A stretch of 64,000 bases of DNA from Octopus sinensis (GCF_006345805.1 NC_042999.1:103912001-103976000), one strand, 5' to 3'; counted from the stretch's first letter, positions 12,830-25,445 are shown. A program made the numbers and translations. The notes: generated from the letters alone by a model not told the origin.

Positions 12830-13790
12830 TTAATATTGGGGTTGAGGTGTGAAGAAGGAATAGAGAGCAAGGGGGGAAGGGATTTGAAAGTATGGAGGGG
12901 GAAGTATAGAGTGAGAGAAGGAGGGACAAGGGAAAGGGAAGTGAGGAGAGGAGGATGAAGTGTTTTAGTGGGGGTGAAGAAAAGGGAAGTGAAGACAGTA
13001 GAAGTGGGGAGTGAGATGGTGATAAAAGAGGGAGAAGACGGAGGACAGTGTGGATTAGAAATATTAAAGATGACATAATGAGATGGGAGACATCCAGATG
13101 GAGACAGGTGGGGGGGGAGTGCAGTGCATGTATGAGAGAGAGAGAGAGAGAGAGAGAAAGAAAGAGAGAGATGAGAAAGGAAAGTCATATAGGTGGAAAG
13201 GAAAAAGAAATAGGTGTATGCAAAACGAAAGAGCGGGAGAGAGAAAAGACAAGGAGAGAGTAAGGATGGGATTGAATGAAAGAGAAGTGTTAGAGAAAAG
13301 TTTTAATTGAAAGAGGAAGATGTTGTTGTTGTTGTTAAGCTCCAATGATGAAAGTTATTGTATCTGTGAATATCCTGCATTTTTTTTTTTTTCCATATGT
13401 ACAGGAAACCTAGCACCGTACGATTCAGCATGTCCGTTTTTGGTATCATTCTGAGGGAGATTTAGCTTCTATTTGTAGCTGGTCAAGCAACTATGGAGAT
13501 ACTCTGAGACTGGCTTGAGAAACAAATGTGAAAGACAGGAAAAAATGTGAGAGGGGAAAGGAAGAAGAGATGTGACTGAGAAGAGAAGAGGAGCAGGTGT
13601 GAGGAGAGAGTGAAAGAGAGTGAGAGAGAGGGGGTGGTAAGAGTAAAGACAAAAAGATGGATAAGAATAGGTGTAGGAGAAAGAAAAGAAAGAATAAGGG
13701 CAGAGACAGAGGGGGGAGAGAGACAACAGAATGGAGGAAAAGCAAGAAAAAAGAAAAAGGGAGAGAAATAGTGAGGGAAGAAATCAAAGG
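12830..13790. repeat. Long purine-rich (GA) low-complexity tracts flanking a minus-strand family-G copy (13320-13505)
   Basis: Strong G/A bias on + at 12830-13320 and 13520-13790; the sequence between is rc of family G. Confidence 0.85.
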
Positions 13791-13980
13791 AGATGAGAGT
13801 GGGGATGTCCCCTTTGATGCAGTATGAGTCAAAACAACCAGGGTTAGGGGGGAAAGGGTTTACAGATGTCTCCCAGAACTGAAAGCGGAGGAAAGGAATT
13901 TGTGGAACTGCAGCAGAGCAGAGCAGAGCAAAGAAACAGAAGGGAAAGAAAACCCAAATAAGAGCCATTGTTTCCAACAC
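13790..13980 (-). pseudogene. Decayed CR1/Jockey-group LINE 3' remnant
   Basis: Minus translation FWETSVNPFPPNPGCFDSYCIKGDIPTL resembles the LW.SLP..FP..Y.L..FK..V end motif. Confidence 0.35.
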
Positions 13981-14149
13981 ATCAAAATTTTGATTTAATT
14001 AACATTCCTGTGAAGTGCCACACTCCTGACTAACAGATCATAGCTTCGAAACTATGCCTCAGTTATGGCCGGGCACCCCTCTTCCCTTTGACATATGCAC
14101 ATATTTCAAATGCCTCAATTCACCCAACTAGAACATTATCTAACACTCA

Positions 14150-14790
14150 AGCCAACGACAAAAGACTCGCAGTGGCTGATTGACCTGGTAGAAACAATAG
14201 CAAAATCTCAAATTACACTTACCCTCTTACAGTAAAAAAGGAAATGTTGGGTAATATGGTCATGAGGAAAACGACGAGATGGTCATGGCTGGAATACCTT
14301 TGATCATAGGTCTGCTCAATCATGACTGACTTGGGGTTAATCAACATCTATAACATTAGCTAACCTACAAACCAATGACAAAGACTCTTCATGGTTGCAT
14401 GACCTACCAGAAATAGCAGACAAATCTTCCTCATATCATACCCTACTACCTTAAAAAATGAAGACATATCAAATAACATAGTTCTAAATATACTGTGGTT
14501 GAAAAAGATGAATGAAAAAGATGAATGAAAAAGATGAATGAAAAAGATGAATGAAAAAGATAGGATGGTCACAGTTGGAATGTCTTTGATTATTAGTCTT
14601 TGATCATAAGTTTGATCAATCAGGACTAATTTGAGTCTAAACAATAATTGCACCAGTCCAATGAGGAAGCTTCTTTATAGTCAATAAACTAAATACCAAC
14701 AGCAGCCAAATCTCTCTCAAATTACACCCAACTATCTTAAAAATGAGAACAACAATATTGAATAATATAATCCTAGAAACACTATATCTG
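14150..14790 (+). repeat. Three head-to-tail family G units
   Basis: Unit starts CCAA(C/T)GA at 14152, 14372 and 14658; second unit inflated by a 13-mer (gaaaaagatgaat) x4.6 at 14501-14561. Confidence 0.7.
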
Positions 14791-15082
14791 GAAACAAAAA
14801 AAAAATTTTAATAAAAATAAAAATGTGATCATGACTAAATGCATCAGATCAGTGGTTCTCAACCAATGGGGTCCCAGCCCAAAATAGGTTGGAGTATAAT
14901 TCTAAAAGAATCACAAGAAAGAAAGTCTTTTATTTCTGAAATGTTATTGTGGACTTATTATCATTGGTTTCAAACTGCATTTGCTTTTCTGTGGTCAAAG
15001 TTTGGAACATTTTCCTCACCAAGATACACTGGAGAATGTTATAAGAAACAACCTCAACACTGCCAATTTTTCATTGCAACAG

Positions 15083-15115
15083 AAGCCTGTTGATCTTGAT
15101 CTACAGCATCAGAAG
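15083..15115 (+). CDS. Possible 33-nt micro-exon (KPVDLDLQHQK), host gene unknown
   Basis: tttttcattgcaacAG | 33 nt open in phase 0 | AAG/GTATCT; donor is weak and there is no homology support. Confidence 0.15.
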
Positions 15116-15469
15116 GTATCTGGGTAGAATAATCCTTTCCCCACTCGAGATGGGGGGGGGGACAAGCTGAGATGTCACTAATTACCATATTTTCCAGTGT
15201 ACAAATTGACATAGTATATAGTATAAACATGTTGAATAAACATTCAAACATCACCACTATCTTTCCAAATACTGTTGCATTTCAAATGGCACTTTTAGCC
15301 CTTCAAAATCATCTTGGTGTGTAAGTCAACCTACTTTTTTGACTGGAAATTCTGGTCTGAAAAATATATATATATATAATAGGTACAGATATGGTACCTT
15401 GAATAAGTGTCTGTAGCTAAAGTTTTTGGCTGACCAAACCCTTGTCAGTGGATTTAGTAGATTGAAACT

Positions 15470-15715
15470 AGCCACACATATGTGTGTCGTGTGTATTATT
15501 GTCACTTTGCCCTGATATTGAGCAAGTTGTAAACAAGTGTCACTGTAATACAAGCAGTGTCGTTTGCTTTCAATATTCTGTGTGAAAACATGTCTGCTTA
15601 AGGGGAAATATTACCCTATTTAAAAGTAGGTATGGGTTGGCGATGGAAAGGGCATTCATTCATAGAAAATCTGCCTCAACAAATTCCACCTGACCTATGC
15701 AAGCATGAAAAAACA
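15470..15715 (+). mobile_element. SINE family H
   Basis: Matches 7185-7410 and 9270-9560. Confidence 0.7.
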
Positions 15716-16550
15716 GGTTATTGTGTGCGAGTTTGTGTGTGTACGCGCACACATACATCATATATATTATTCTCATTTCAATAAATAAATGTTTAAAATT
15801 TGTTTGTGCTTTATTTTATTAACAACATTACTAAAAACCTACTCATCTATACACAATTTCAGTTTCATTGGTGACTTCCAGAATCAATCAACCATGTAAG
15901 CCAAGGGACAATGGTGTTAATTTGATATACATCATAAAAGTGCTGAATATATACGGTCTTTAGTCACACACGGGTAACTACACAACGATGAACTGCTAAG
16001 TTATATTATTTGATGCAACAATACCAATTTTTACAACCTGCACTGGTGATAAACACTCGACAAAACAGACATATACACCCTAAAGACTTAGCACATTTTC
16101 CATCTATCAAATACTACTCCCAATACAACCATCAAACAGTGGACAAGCAGTGGAATCATAACTTGGAAACACATGCTTATAGAAAAAAACTTCTTAACCA
16201 GACAGCCATGCTTCTGTCTGTCTGTCGGTCTGTGTGCTGAGTATTTTATTTATCCACTGCTTAAGTTTCAAACTTTCTAATCCATCACGCTCTGTTCCAC
16301 ATCATATATTGAATATCATCTTCCTTTATCATTTACAAGCTATAAAATTATATGTGTGAGAAAGAGAGAGAGAGAGACAGTGAGAGAGAAAACAGAAGTT
16401 CAGTTTGAACTGAGGAGGGAAAAAAACAATTATTTAAACCAATAATTTCTTTACTTAATATTTTAAAGCAGTCATGTTACAAAGTGCAGCCCTCAGGACT
16501 ATCTGAATGGCATGCCAACAAAAACTACCTTGATTTTTTTTTTCTTTTAG

Positions 16551-16569
16551 TAGTGTAGTCCGATTAATG
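16551..16569 (+). other. Possible micro-exon (19 nt, or 16 nt via a NAGNAG acceptor)
   Basis: Poly-pyrimidine tract 16534-16548 + TAG-TAG; donor ATG|GTGAGT at 16570; not in a recognisable repeat. Confidence 0.25.
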
Positions 16570-17569
16570 GTGAGTCATTTTCATACAGCATGCTTCTCAA
16601 AAATGGTTGCCCGTGCCTTTTTTAGAAACTGTAACACCAATACTTGCTTGATCTATTTCTACTTCCACCACAACCACCAACACCTTTAAGCAGAATATTA
16701 ATTCCCATAATTGCTTACTTAATACATTACAATATACATCCCCTTTCATTAAAAAAATCTAAAGGTTCTCTACTGAATTCTTCTAACCAATACCAGATGT
16801 GTTGACTACACACACACACACAGACTCAATTCTTATACACTGTAGGCAAAAAAATTCAACTCATATCCACCACTTCAGGATATTCTTAGAAAGTCTGAAC
16901 TCAAAATGCTAGGTCTCCTCCAGAATTATTAAAAAAGTTTTTACAAATGAAAAATGGGAAAAGCGGATAAAATTAGAAACAATTATATTTTCAATTTCTT
17001 TATCTTATTTTTTATCAAATATTTTTTTTTAGGTAAAAAGGTGTCTTGAGTACAATAAAAAAAAATCTGCACTGAAAGATAAGAGTTAAGTGTTTAAATT
17101 ATTTCAAGGTGAAAAAATGAGGGAAGGGAGTGGAATCCCTGTGTGGTCTCAATTGTTATTTTATCTAACCTATAATTGCTGCCATAACAAGATTGCAAAC
17201 GAAAGTACCTAGAAACAGAAATTAGCCTTGTTGTACAGGCTGCCGTTTTCTTTTTTTTTTTTTAAAGCGTTTTCAGTTTTTGAAAAGAAGCAGTCAGAGA
17301 TACCATCATGATTATGTGGCTCAGAAGCTTGCTTCCCAACTACATGGTTCCAGGTTGGGAAAAAAATTCTTCACTACATAGCCATATATATATTGCAATC
17401 AGTGACCAAGAATGAACCATAAATAGCTTCTGGCAGGGTCCAGGTACTCAGTTACAAGCATTCTGAACAAAGACACCAGTCTGAAGATAAAACTTCCTAT
17501 CTCAATGCACAGTATCCTACTTTCAGCAGATCCCAAACCAACAAGAAACCCATAGTTGTCTGATCTGCT

Positions 17570-17995
17570 AAGAAACAGCATCTAGACTGCATCTTGAAAA
17601 AGATCACTGCACTGACTGGCATGAAGTCAGCCACAGACTAATACCAGATTCTAACCTACAAACATGTTCTCTCTGCTTTCTCTTTCTGTCTACCTTTCCA
17701 TCATCTATTACAATGGCCCCTGCTCCTCAGAATTTGCAAGTCTCATGCCATCTCCACTCAGAAATTCATGACACACACTTTGCTCCTCCTTTCATTAGTT
17801 ACATTATATCCAACCTACCCACCATTATCACCATCACTAGGTCCTGCACTAACCACTGTGCCCTGATTTTTTCCCCAGAACATAAGTCCTTTGGAATTCC
17901 TTCCCTGTACATCTTCTTCTTGGTTATCAACTTAGAACAGTTTGAGGAGACTGTCAACATCCTCACCAGTCTCACAGAGCCAGTGAAGCCATAGG
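17570..17995 (+). pseudogene. CR1/L2/Jockey-group non-LTR retrotransposon RT C-terminus remnant
   Basis: Frameshifted translation HLDCILKKITAL...YNGPCSSEFASLMPSPLRNS*HT...FFP..S.L..LP...INLEQF matches the typical LINE end (LDRIQ...Y.G.CS.EL...P...FFPRT..LWNSLP). Confidence 0.7.
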
Positions 17996-17999
17996 CAGA

Positions 18000-18150
18000 G
18001 AGAGACCCATCCTCCAGACCAAAACACAAGTAAAAAAAATATCCAATACAGTGTTCCTTTCTCTTTTTCTAAGACAGTAAGGTGTGATTTCAGAAAGAGT
18101 TAGTTGCTATCTTTAGCAGGTGAAGCAACCACATAGAGGCTTCTTCAGTG
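18000..18150 (-). repeat. Family G repeat
   Basis: rc 'ccactgaagaagcctctatgtggttgcttcacctgctaaagatagcaac'. Confidence 0.7.
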
Positions 18151-18981
18151 GAGGTCAATCAGTGGATTGATCACATTGGAATTAAATGATGAGTGGAACA
18201 GAAAATAAATATAACAAAACAAAAGAGTCAATAATTAAAAAGACAATGAAGAAGGCCAGGTGCAGAGAAGTTATTACTTACTTTATAAAGAGGAGGAAAC
18301 GTCACAGATTTTTCAAAGCTTGTATTCCCACACATGCCCGCACACTTGGTAGTGGTGGCTTTGAATTAAGTAATGTTTATCAGTGTGAAATTACAACTCT
18401 TATGCTATCAGTCACCGTCCTACCACCTATATTAATTAATATACATGCCCTGCATGTATGTCTGTGTGTGTATGTGTGGACAAGAGATCTACATACCGTA
18501 AATAAATAGGCTAATTTATCCATACACACAGACACAAACAAACATGTATCAACACAGCCCCCCCCCCCAACTCACACATGAATACATAACCATACCAACC
18601 GACAAGGCATACAGCAATGCATAGCTATATGCATAAAACTGACATGCATACACATTATGGTAGACACACACACACTGATACACCCATGCATGCACCACAC
18701 AACACAGCCACACTCACCCACATGCATGGAATATAGCTACACACAAACCAAAATGCATGCACATACAAGTCGTTCGCACAACATAACCATACGAAAAACA
18801 TAGCCACGGTCGGACCAACATGCATTTATCAATCACCTGAATCAATATGCTCACACACACCTGCCAGCCATGGGTCGCTAGCCTAACAAAACTAGCCCTA
18901 TACAAATGCAAATATATACACCAACTTTCAATTAGACACACACAAACATAACTACACATACATAAGTAGATTCAACACACA

Positions 18982-19178
18982 TCTTTACTCTTTACTCTTT
19001 TACTTGTTTCAGTCATTTGACTGCGGCCATGCTGGAGCACCGCTTTTAGTCGAGCAAATCGACCCCGGGACTTATTCTTTGTAAGCCCAGTACTTATTCT
19101 ATCGGTCTCTTTTGCCGAACCGCTAAGTGACGGGGATGTAAACACACCGGCATCGGTTGTCAAGCAATGCTAGGGGGA

Positions 19179-19222
<44 letters not shown>

Positions 19223-19393
19223 CATATATACGACAGGCTTCTTTCAGTTTCCGTCTACCAAATCCACTCACAAGGCATTGGTCGGCCCGGGGCTATAGCA
19301 GAAGACACTTGCCCAAGATGCCACGCAGTGGGACTGTACCCGGAACCATGTGGTTGGTTAGCAAGCTACTTACCACACAGCCACTCCTGCGCC
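18982..19393 (-). mobile_element. SINE-A, young full-length copy
   Basis: Most CpGs intact; (tcttttac)-like tail; head ends ccactcctgcgcc. Confidence 0.9.
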
Positions 19394-19463
19394 TATACAT
19401 CTGTAATGTTCATAATAATTACTGATTGAAAAATCGAAAGAAAAAAAAACTGTGCAACAGTGT

Positions 19464-19830
19464 GGGCATGGCTGTGTGGTAAGAAATTTCCTTCCCAATG
19501 ATATGGTTCCGAGTTCAAACTCTCTGCATAGCACCTTGGGCAAGTGTCTACAACAGCCTGGTGAGTAGATTTGATAGATAAAAACTGGAAAAAAGTCTGC
19601 GTGTGTGTATGTATGTGTTTGTTTGTCCCACACCACTGCTTGACAAGTAGTGTTGGTTTGTTTACACCCCCATAACTTAGTAGTGTAGCATAAAAGACTG
19701 ATATAATTAGTATCAGGCTTCAAAATTTAAAAAATGTTAAGTATGGGGGTTATTCTTTTGACTAAAACCTTTCGAAGTAATATCCTAGCATGGCTGTAAT
19801 CCAATGACTGAGAACAAGCAAAGGATAAAA
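19464..19830 (+). mobile_element. SINE-A, older copy, head-to-head with the previous one
   Basis: 'gggcatggctgtgtggtaagaa...accttgggcaagtg...actgagaacaag'. Confidence 0.8.
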
Positions 19831-20140
19831 AAAGATTTCAGAGATAATGAAAATATATGACAAGATAATTAGCAACGGGCAGTTGACTACATGATCAGGC
19901 GAGCATCGGATCAAATACCTGGTGTTACTTGTTTTATATTCCTTTACATTTTTATTTCTAAATCCATCTAGATCAATGATTCAGCCTTTCATCTGTCTTG
20001 AGATCAAGGAATTAAGTACAAGCATTGAGATCAATATAATTAACTACACTCTTGAAAGAGGTGCTCCAGCATGGCTGCATTCTAATGACTGTGACCATAT
20101 AAAAGAATACATAAATATTCATACACCACTCCTCTCCCCA

Positions 20141-20209
<69 letters not shown>

Positions 20210-20231
20210 TCATCATCATCATCACTACTAT

Positions 20232-20671
20232 TTAACCACTTAGCATTTAAACAGGCCGTATAAACCCCCAAATGTTCTACCAGTTTTATGCTGAAACTGA
20301 CCCGATCAAGCCTCTCATGCCTACCCTACAATGTCATTCTAAAAATAAACAATCACATCATCAAAATCTCGAGACTCAGTGACAATACGTGATTAATTTT
20401 TTAAAATGTGGATAAAGAAGCTTTACATTTGATAAATTAATCTGAATGCTGAAGGGTAAAACAGGTCGTACCCAACCCCTAATGTTCTACCTGTTTTATG
20501 TTCAAACTGGCCAGATCTGGCCTATCACACTTATCTGGCAATGACATTCAAATCATAAACAATCACATCATAAAAATCTCAAAGCTACAAGATAATGCAT
20601 GATTAATTCAAAAACAAAGGGAATAAGTAAACATTACATTTGACAGAGTAATCTGAATAATAAAGGGTTTA
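20232..20671. mobile_element. Two tandem MITE-E units (second 5'-truncated)
   Basis: Body 'atgttctacc...ctacaatgtcattc...gataatgcatgattaatt...aatctgaat' occurs twice. Confidence 0.75.
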
Positions 20672-20789
20672 TATCCATTTCCCATACTGGCATGGGATGG
20701 ACAGTTTTGATAGCTGGATGCCCTTTTCTAATGCTAACCACTTTACAGTGTGTAGTGAGTGTTTTTTTTTTAATACAACAAGCTAGTTA

Positions 20790-21270
20790 GGTTGGCAAGT
20801 GCCTTGTAAAACAAGAACAAGAAGAAGAGAGAAAAATGGGGAAAATGAAAATGCCTCCTTGAGTAAATGGGATAGGTGTATTTGAGCAGGGGGGGGGCAA
20901 CGGTTTTACATCAAGTATGATAGAGGGGCAAGCCCAGGTGTTTTGCATTAGAGGAAATACAAGGCTCCTTGCCCCCTGCATCATAAAAAGGTAGGCAGGA
21001 GTGGCTGGGAAGACGGTAGAGGTGATGGTGATGAGATGCAAGATCATCCCAAGATACAAGAAGGCAAGTAAAGAGACAATAAACAGTGGATTTGAGGGGG
21101 GTGAGAGAAGTTTCATAAGACTGTGAGGGGGAGAGTTATAGATGGTTCACAATGGAGATGTAGCAGTGAATGTAGAACAAGGATGGAGGTGCAGTTGATG
21201 GAAAATACCAGAACAGAGAGGGACAAGGTAAGAGATCAAAGAATAGCTCAGGAAGGAGAATAGATCAGAA
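20790..21270 (-). pseudogene. Decayed CR1/Jockey-group LINE remnant
   Basis: Purine-rich on +; minus translation loosely similar to 17570-17995. Confidence 0.35.
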
Positions 21271-21689
21271 AGTAAGTAAATGGGGGGGGGGGGCACAGAT
21301 ATGGCTGTGTTGTTAAGGAATTCACTTTGCAATTATCAACTTTCAAGTACCATGTTAATCACATGCATTCTTATTCTTGAAAGTGGTGTGACCCAGTAGT
21401 GCAAATCCAATTTCACAGCTTATACTCACTGAAAGTGGAACCAAGTTACAATTAAAAAGGTCTTAAGAAATGTTTTCTGATAAAACTTAATTAGCAAATA
21501 ACGAGCGCCACTTAACAACAGCAAACCCTGTTCTACCACTTAAAATAATTAAACACTAGGTTTATCAAGAACCCTGCTGGTTCTAGCTGTGAATCTGCAG
21601 TCCCTTTGTTCTGTCACAAACCACTATAAATTACTTTCCTTTCCTATACAATGCTCTCCCACATTATTACAAGTAGGGGTGTTATCGGA

Positions 21690-21915
21690 ACAAGCATGGT
21701 AAGTTTACTTCCCAACCATGGGTTTCAAGTTCCAGTCCCACTACATAGCACCTTGAGCAAAGTGTCTTCTACTATAGCCCCAGGCCACCCAAAGCCTTGT
21801 GAGTGCATTTAGTAAACAGAAACCAAAAGAAACCCATTGTGTGTGTGTATGTGCACGCACATGTGCACATGCATAGAGGAGTCTGTGTCTCCTTGTTTTG
21901 ACATCATGTGATAGG
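21690..21915 (+). mobile_element. SINE-A-type head joined to an H-type body start
   Basis: 'ttacttcccaaccatg...accttgagcaaagtg...gtgtctccttgttttgacatc'. Confidence 0.6.
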
Positions 21916-23576
21916 CACAGTGAATAATGCACTTTTGAATACACTATATCTAGTGGAAATAAAAAAAAAGAGATAGAATGGTCTCAGCTGGAATAACTTT
22001 GATCATAAATTTGGAATCCAAGAAAAATGGTGAAGTTCAAATTTTGGGGACTAAATATGTTTCAAGCCCTTAATCTTTGGATAGCATGGTTCAAGCTCTT
22101 GATCTTTGGAAAGCATGGTTCAAAACAGGTAAAGTTACCTAGGATAGAAAGTGAATTTTACTGAAGCCAGTATACTAATTTCAAAATAGTAAAAGAGTTG
22201 AAGGGGTTAAAGGCAAAGTTGAACTCAACAGGATTTGAACTCAGATAACACAGAACCTGAACAAATACTGCAAAGCATTTCAGCTGATGCTCTAGTAATT
22301 CTGTCAATTCGGGTTCTTTGCTTTGCCTACTTCAAAATCTTAAAGCTAAATTCTATATTGTATGTTAAAGTTTCCAGCCTTAATGTTAATAAATACAGTA
22401 ATATCTTCCTACTGACAGAAACATTTCTTTATGACATTTGTCTTGAGTTTGTGATTAACATCAGTTAACGAGAATCATGCTAAAATCAGATTGTGGCACC
22501 ATGACAGAATTAGATACAGCTTAGATATTATTAACAAGATACAGGAATATTATCTAAATTCTAAAGCAATAGTTATCTTTGTCTTTCACTAGCAAAATAA
22601 ATTGCAAGAGATATTAGTTTGGGATTTTTCAATGAATATTCTAATGATAAAGTAGTCCCAAATACATCTATATCTAAATACATACATTGAGGCTGTAGAT
22701 CACTAAATATGTGTGCCAAGGTTATAGACCAACACGTCTGCAGTTACCTACCTAATCTTACAGCCTGCTTGTTCATAAATTAGAGAGAAAAGCTAAGCAG
22801 CAATAACTTCGAAGTCTTTCATTCATATCTACATGTTTAATAGAGAAGACTAAAAAAACAAATACATAGCACATCTTATCTAAGGGAAGTGAATGCAAGA
22901 ATGTTTGTGTGGTTAAGAAGTTTACTTCGCAATCACCTAGTTTTGAGTTCAATCTCATTGCAGAGCATCATCTTCTATGATATCCACCTTGTAAGTGAAA
23001 CGAAGAAAAAAGAACTGCAAAGAACACACATGCATGTGTAAGTTGTAGAAATGTTGAGAATTGTTGCTGAGAAAGCTAAAAGACCAGTGCTTTTCGAAAG
23101 TGCTCCTTTGATATATTTGTTATGCACTGAGTTGGGCCTCCTTGCTCCCTTATCCCTCCTGCCATCAAAAATGCAGTGGACCAGTGATTGGTTCACTGGA
23201 AACCTGTAATTATCTTCTTGGAATCCAAATTGCATTTTAAAATAAACAAACAACAATTTTGTGGAACCATGTCTTACCATCAAAGTATGGTGGGGGAATA
23301 CCTCAGTTGCCCACTATATATGTTTGCTATTGTTTTTTAACAGAGAAAAATGCCATGAAATTTTGGGAAAACAGTATAACCGATGAAATTGCTCCTTATT
23401 TTAGCAATTATGAAAGGATATGGCAAAGTTAACCACAGTAAGATTTGAACTCAGAATACAAAGGATTTACCAAAGTATTTGGCACAATACTCTACCAATT
23501 CAGCCACTCGCTGGCTTTTTTGTTGCGTAATGTATTAATCAAAATCCATATGCAAAAAGTTGCAAAGACAACAGAG

Positions 23577-23618
<42 letters not shown>

Positions 23619-24169
23619 GTTCAATCAGAATGCAAAATGGGATTAAGATATTCTGAGATTTTGAAATTTATCATATGTTAATAGCATCTGATCAAAGACA
23701 AAATTATCACCATCATCATCATCACTATCATTGTTGCCTTCATCGTTGTTGTCATCGACATTCCTCTAATCTTCATTACTATCACCTATTTAATATCTAC
23801 CTTTCAACCCACATACCTATCCATTCCATACATGTGTGATGAGTTACACAAGCATTTTGGTATGCATTTCTTTGTTTATATTAAAATATGGCCTTCAACC
23901 TGCATGATAATTTCTATGATGTACAACGTACACACTCACACACAAATAGAGATACCTGCTTAGAACACCCACATTGTATAGAGAACACCCACATCACCTC
24001 ACACAAGAGAAAACACCCACACTGTCATGCATAAACGAGCAACTGTGTAGATAAATGAATTCCGTTGACGCATATATGAATGGCATCACAAATATAAATC
24101 AATACATGCCAATGGGAGATCTACAAAAAAATAAAGGAATAAATAAAACAATAAAGTCTTGTATAAAAA

Positions 24170-24440
24170 TGAACATGGTGAGCTCTTGTAAAAACAATAT
24201 GCTTAACTTTTGTAAAGCATACATCCTACATGTTTAGCTCTTGTAGCAAAAAACCACATGTTTAGCTCTTGCAAACATACATGATTTAACTGTTATGAAA
24301 GATATGCTATCTCTAATTAACCATACATGTTTAGCTCTTATAAAACACACATGTTATGACAGATATGTTTAGCTCATATTAAACATACATGTTTAATGCC
24401 TGTAAATAACATGTTTTCGATCTTGTAAAATAAGAACATG
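24170..24440. repeat. Degenerate minisatellite with core acatgtttagctct
   Basis: Core or variant recurs about 8 times at irregular 25-40-bp spacing. Confidence 0.7.
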
Positions 24441-24621
24441 ATTGATTGATGTTGCTGTCACAGTGCTGGTGTTAATGATTGTTGTGGTGATAGGGGTTCT
24501 ACTGCTGGTGGTGGTGGTGGTGGTAGCAGTGCCTGTTGTTGTGGTCATGATAGCAAAGGTGATAGTAGATAACTGTAGTTGTGGTGCTAGTGAGTTTAAT
24601 GGTATTGATAATGGTGGTAGT

Positions 24622-24959
24622 CATCATCATCATCGTTTAACGTCCGTTTTCCGCGCCAGCACGGGTTGGACGGTTCGACCGGGGTCTGGGAAGCCAGGGG
24701 CTGCTCCAGGCTCCAGTCTGATCTGGCAGAGTTTCTACGGCTGGATGCCCTTCCTAACGCCAACCACTCCGCGAGTGTAGTGGGTGCTTTTTACGTGCCA
24801 CCTGCACAGGTGCCAGGGGGGGTCCGGCATCGGTCACGATCGGTTGGAGCTTTTAACGTGCCAGCGGCACGGAAGCCAGCCAAGGCGGCGCTGGCAACGT
24901 TTGGATGGTCTGTTTTATGTGCCACCGGCACAGAAGCCAGTCGGGGCGGCGCTGGCATC
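24622..24959 (-). mobile_element. Young RTE-derived non-autonomous element (family D) with 6-bp TSD
   Basis: (CAT)n tail at 24622; CpG-rich; ggtagt at 24616-24621 and 24960-24965. Confidence 0.85.
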
Positions 24960-25243
24960 GGTAGTGATTATAGTTATGGAGGTGTTGGTAGTGGCTGTGC
25001 AGAGGTGGTTGTTATGATGATTGAAATTGTTGCTGTTGTGCTGGTGATAGTCATAATGATTGTGGTCTTGTATGACTTATTGAGTTGATGATGATAGTGA
25101 TTGTCGTACAGGTGGCAGTTGTGGTGGTTATAATAAGTTTTTCTGTTGTTGTTAAGGTACAAGGATTATAGGTAGAGGAGGATTATTGTTCAGTGGTGGT
25201 TTTGCTCTTTCTTTCTTTTTTTATCTTAACTACTGCTAATAAT

Positions 25244-25441
25244 AATCCTTTCTACTATAGACACAAGACTTGAAATTTTGGGGGTTGGAGTTGGATTACA
25301 TCGATCCCAGTACTTGACTGCTATTTATTTTATCAACCCCGAAAGGATGAAAGGCAAAGTCAACCTCAGCAGAATTTGAACTCAGAATGTGAAATGCTGC
25401 TTAGCATTTCACCCAGAGTGCTAATGATTCTGCTAGCTTAC

Positions 25442-25445
<4 letters not shown>
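25244..25445 (-). mobile_element. SINE family B (Meta-domain-like)
   Basis: rc of 'ctgagttcaaattctg...ctttgcctttcatcctttcggggttgataaaat'. Confidence 0.8.

Noticed and set aside
13405-13442. Apparent exon after a strong poly-T/CAG acceptor
   Set aside because: The whole segment is the reverse complement of a family-G copy; the poly-T is that repeat's A-run.
22990-23290. ATILNISTTYTC resembling a hAT dimerisation-domain motif
   Set aside because: Single weak motif; cannot be distinguished from chance by eye.
24442-25162. 112-140-aa ORFs
   Set aside because: Made of trinucleotide low-complexity tracts and a family-D repeat.
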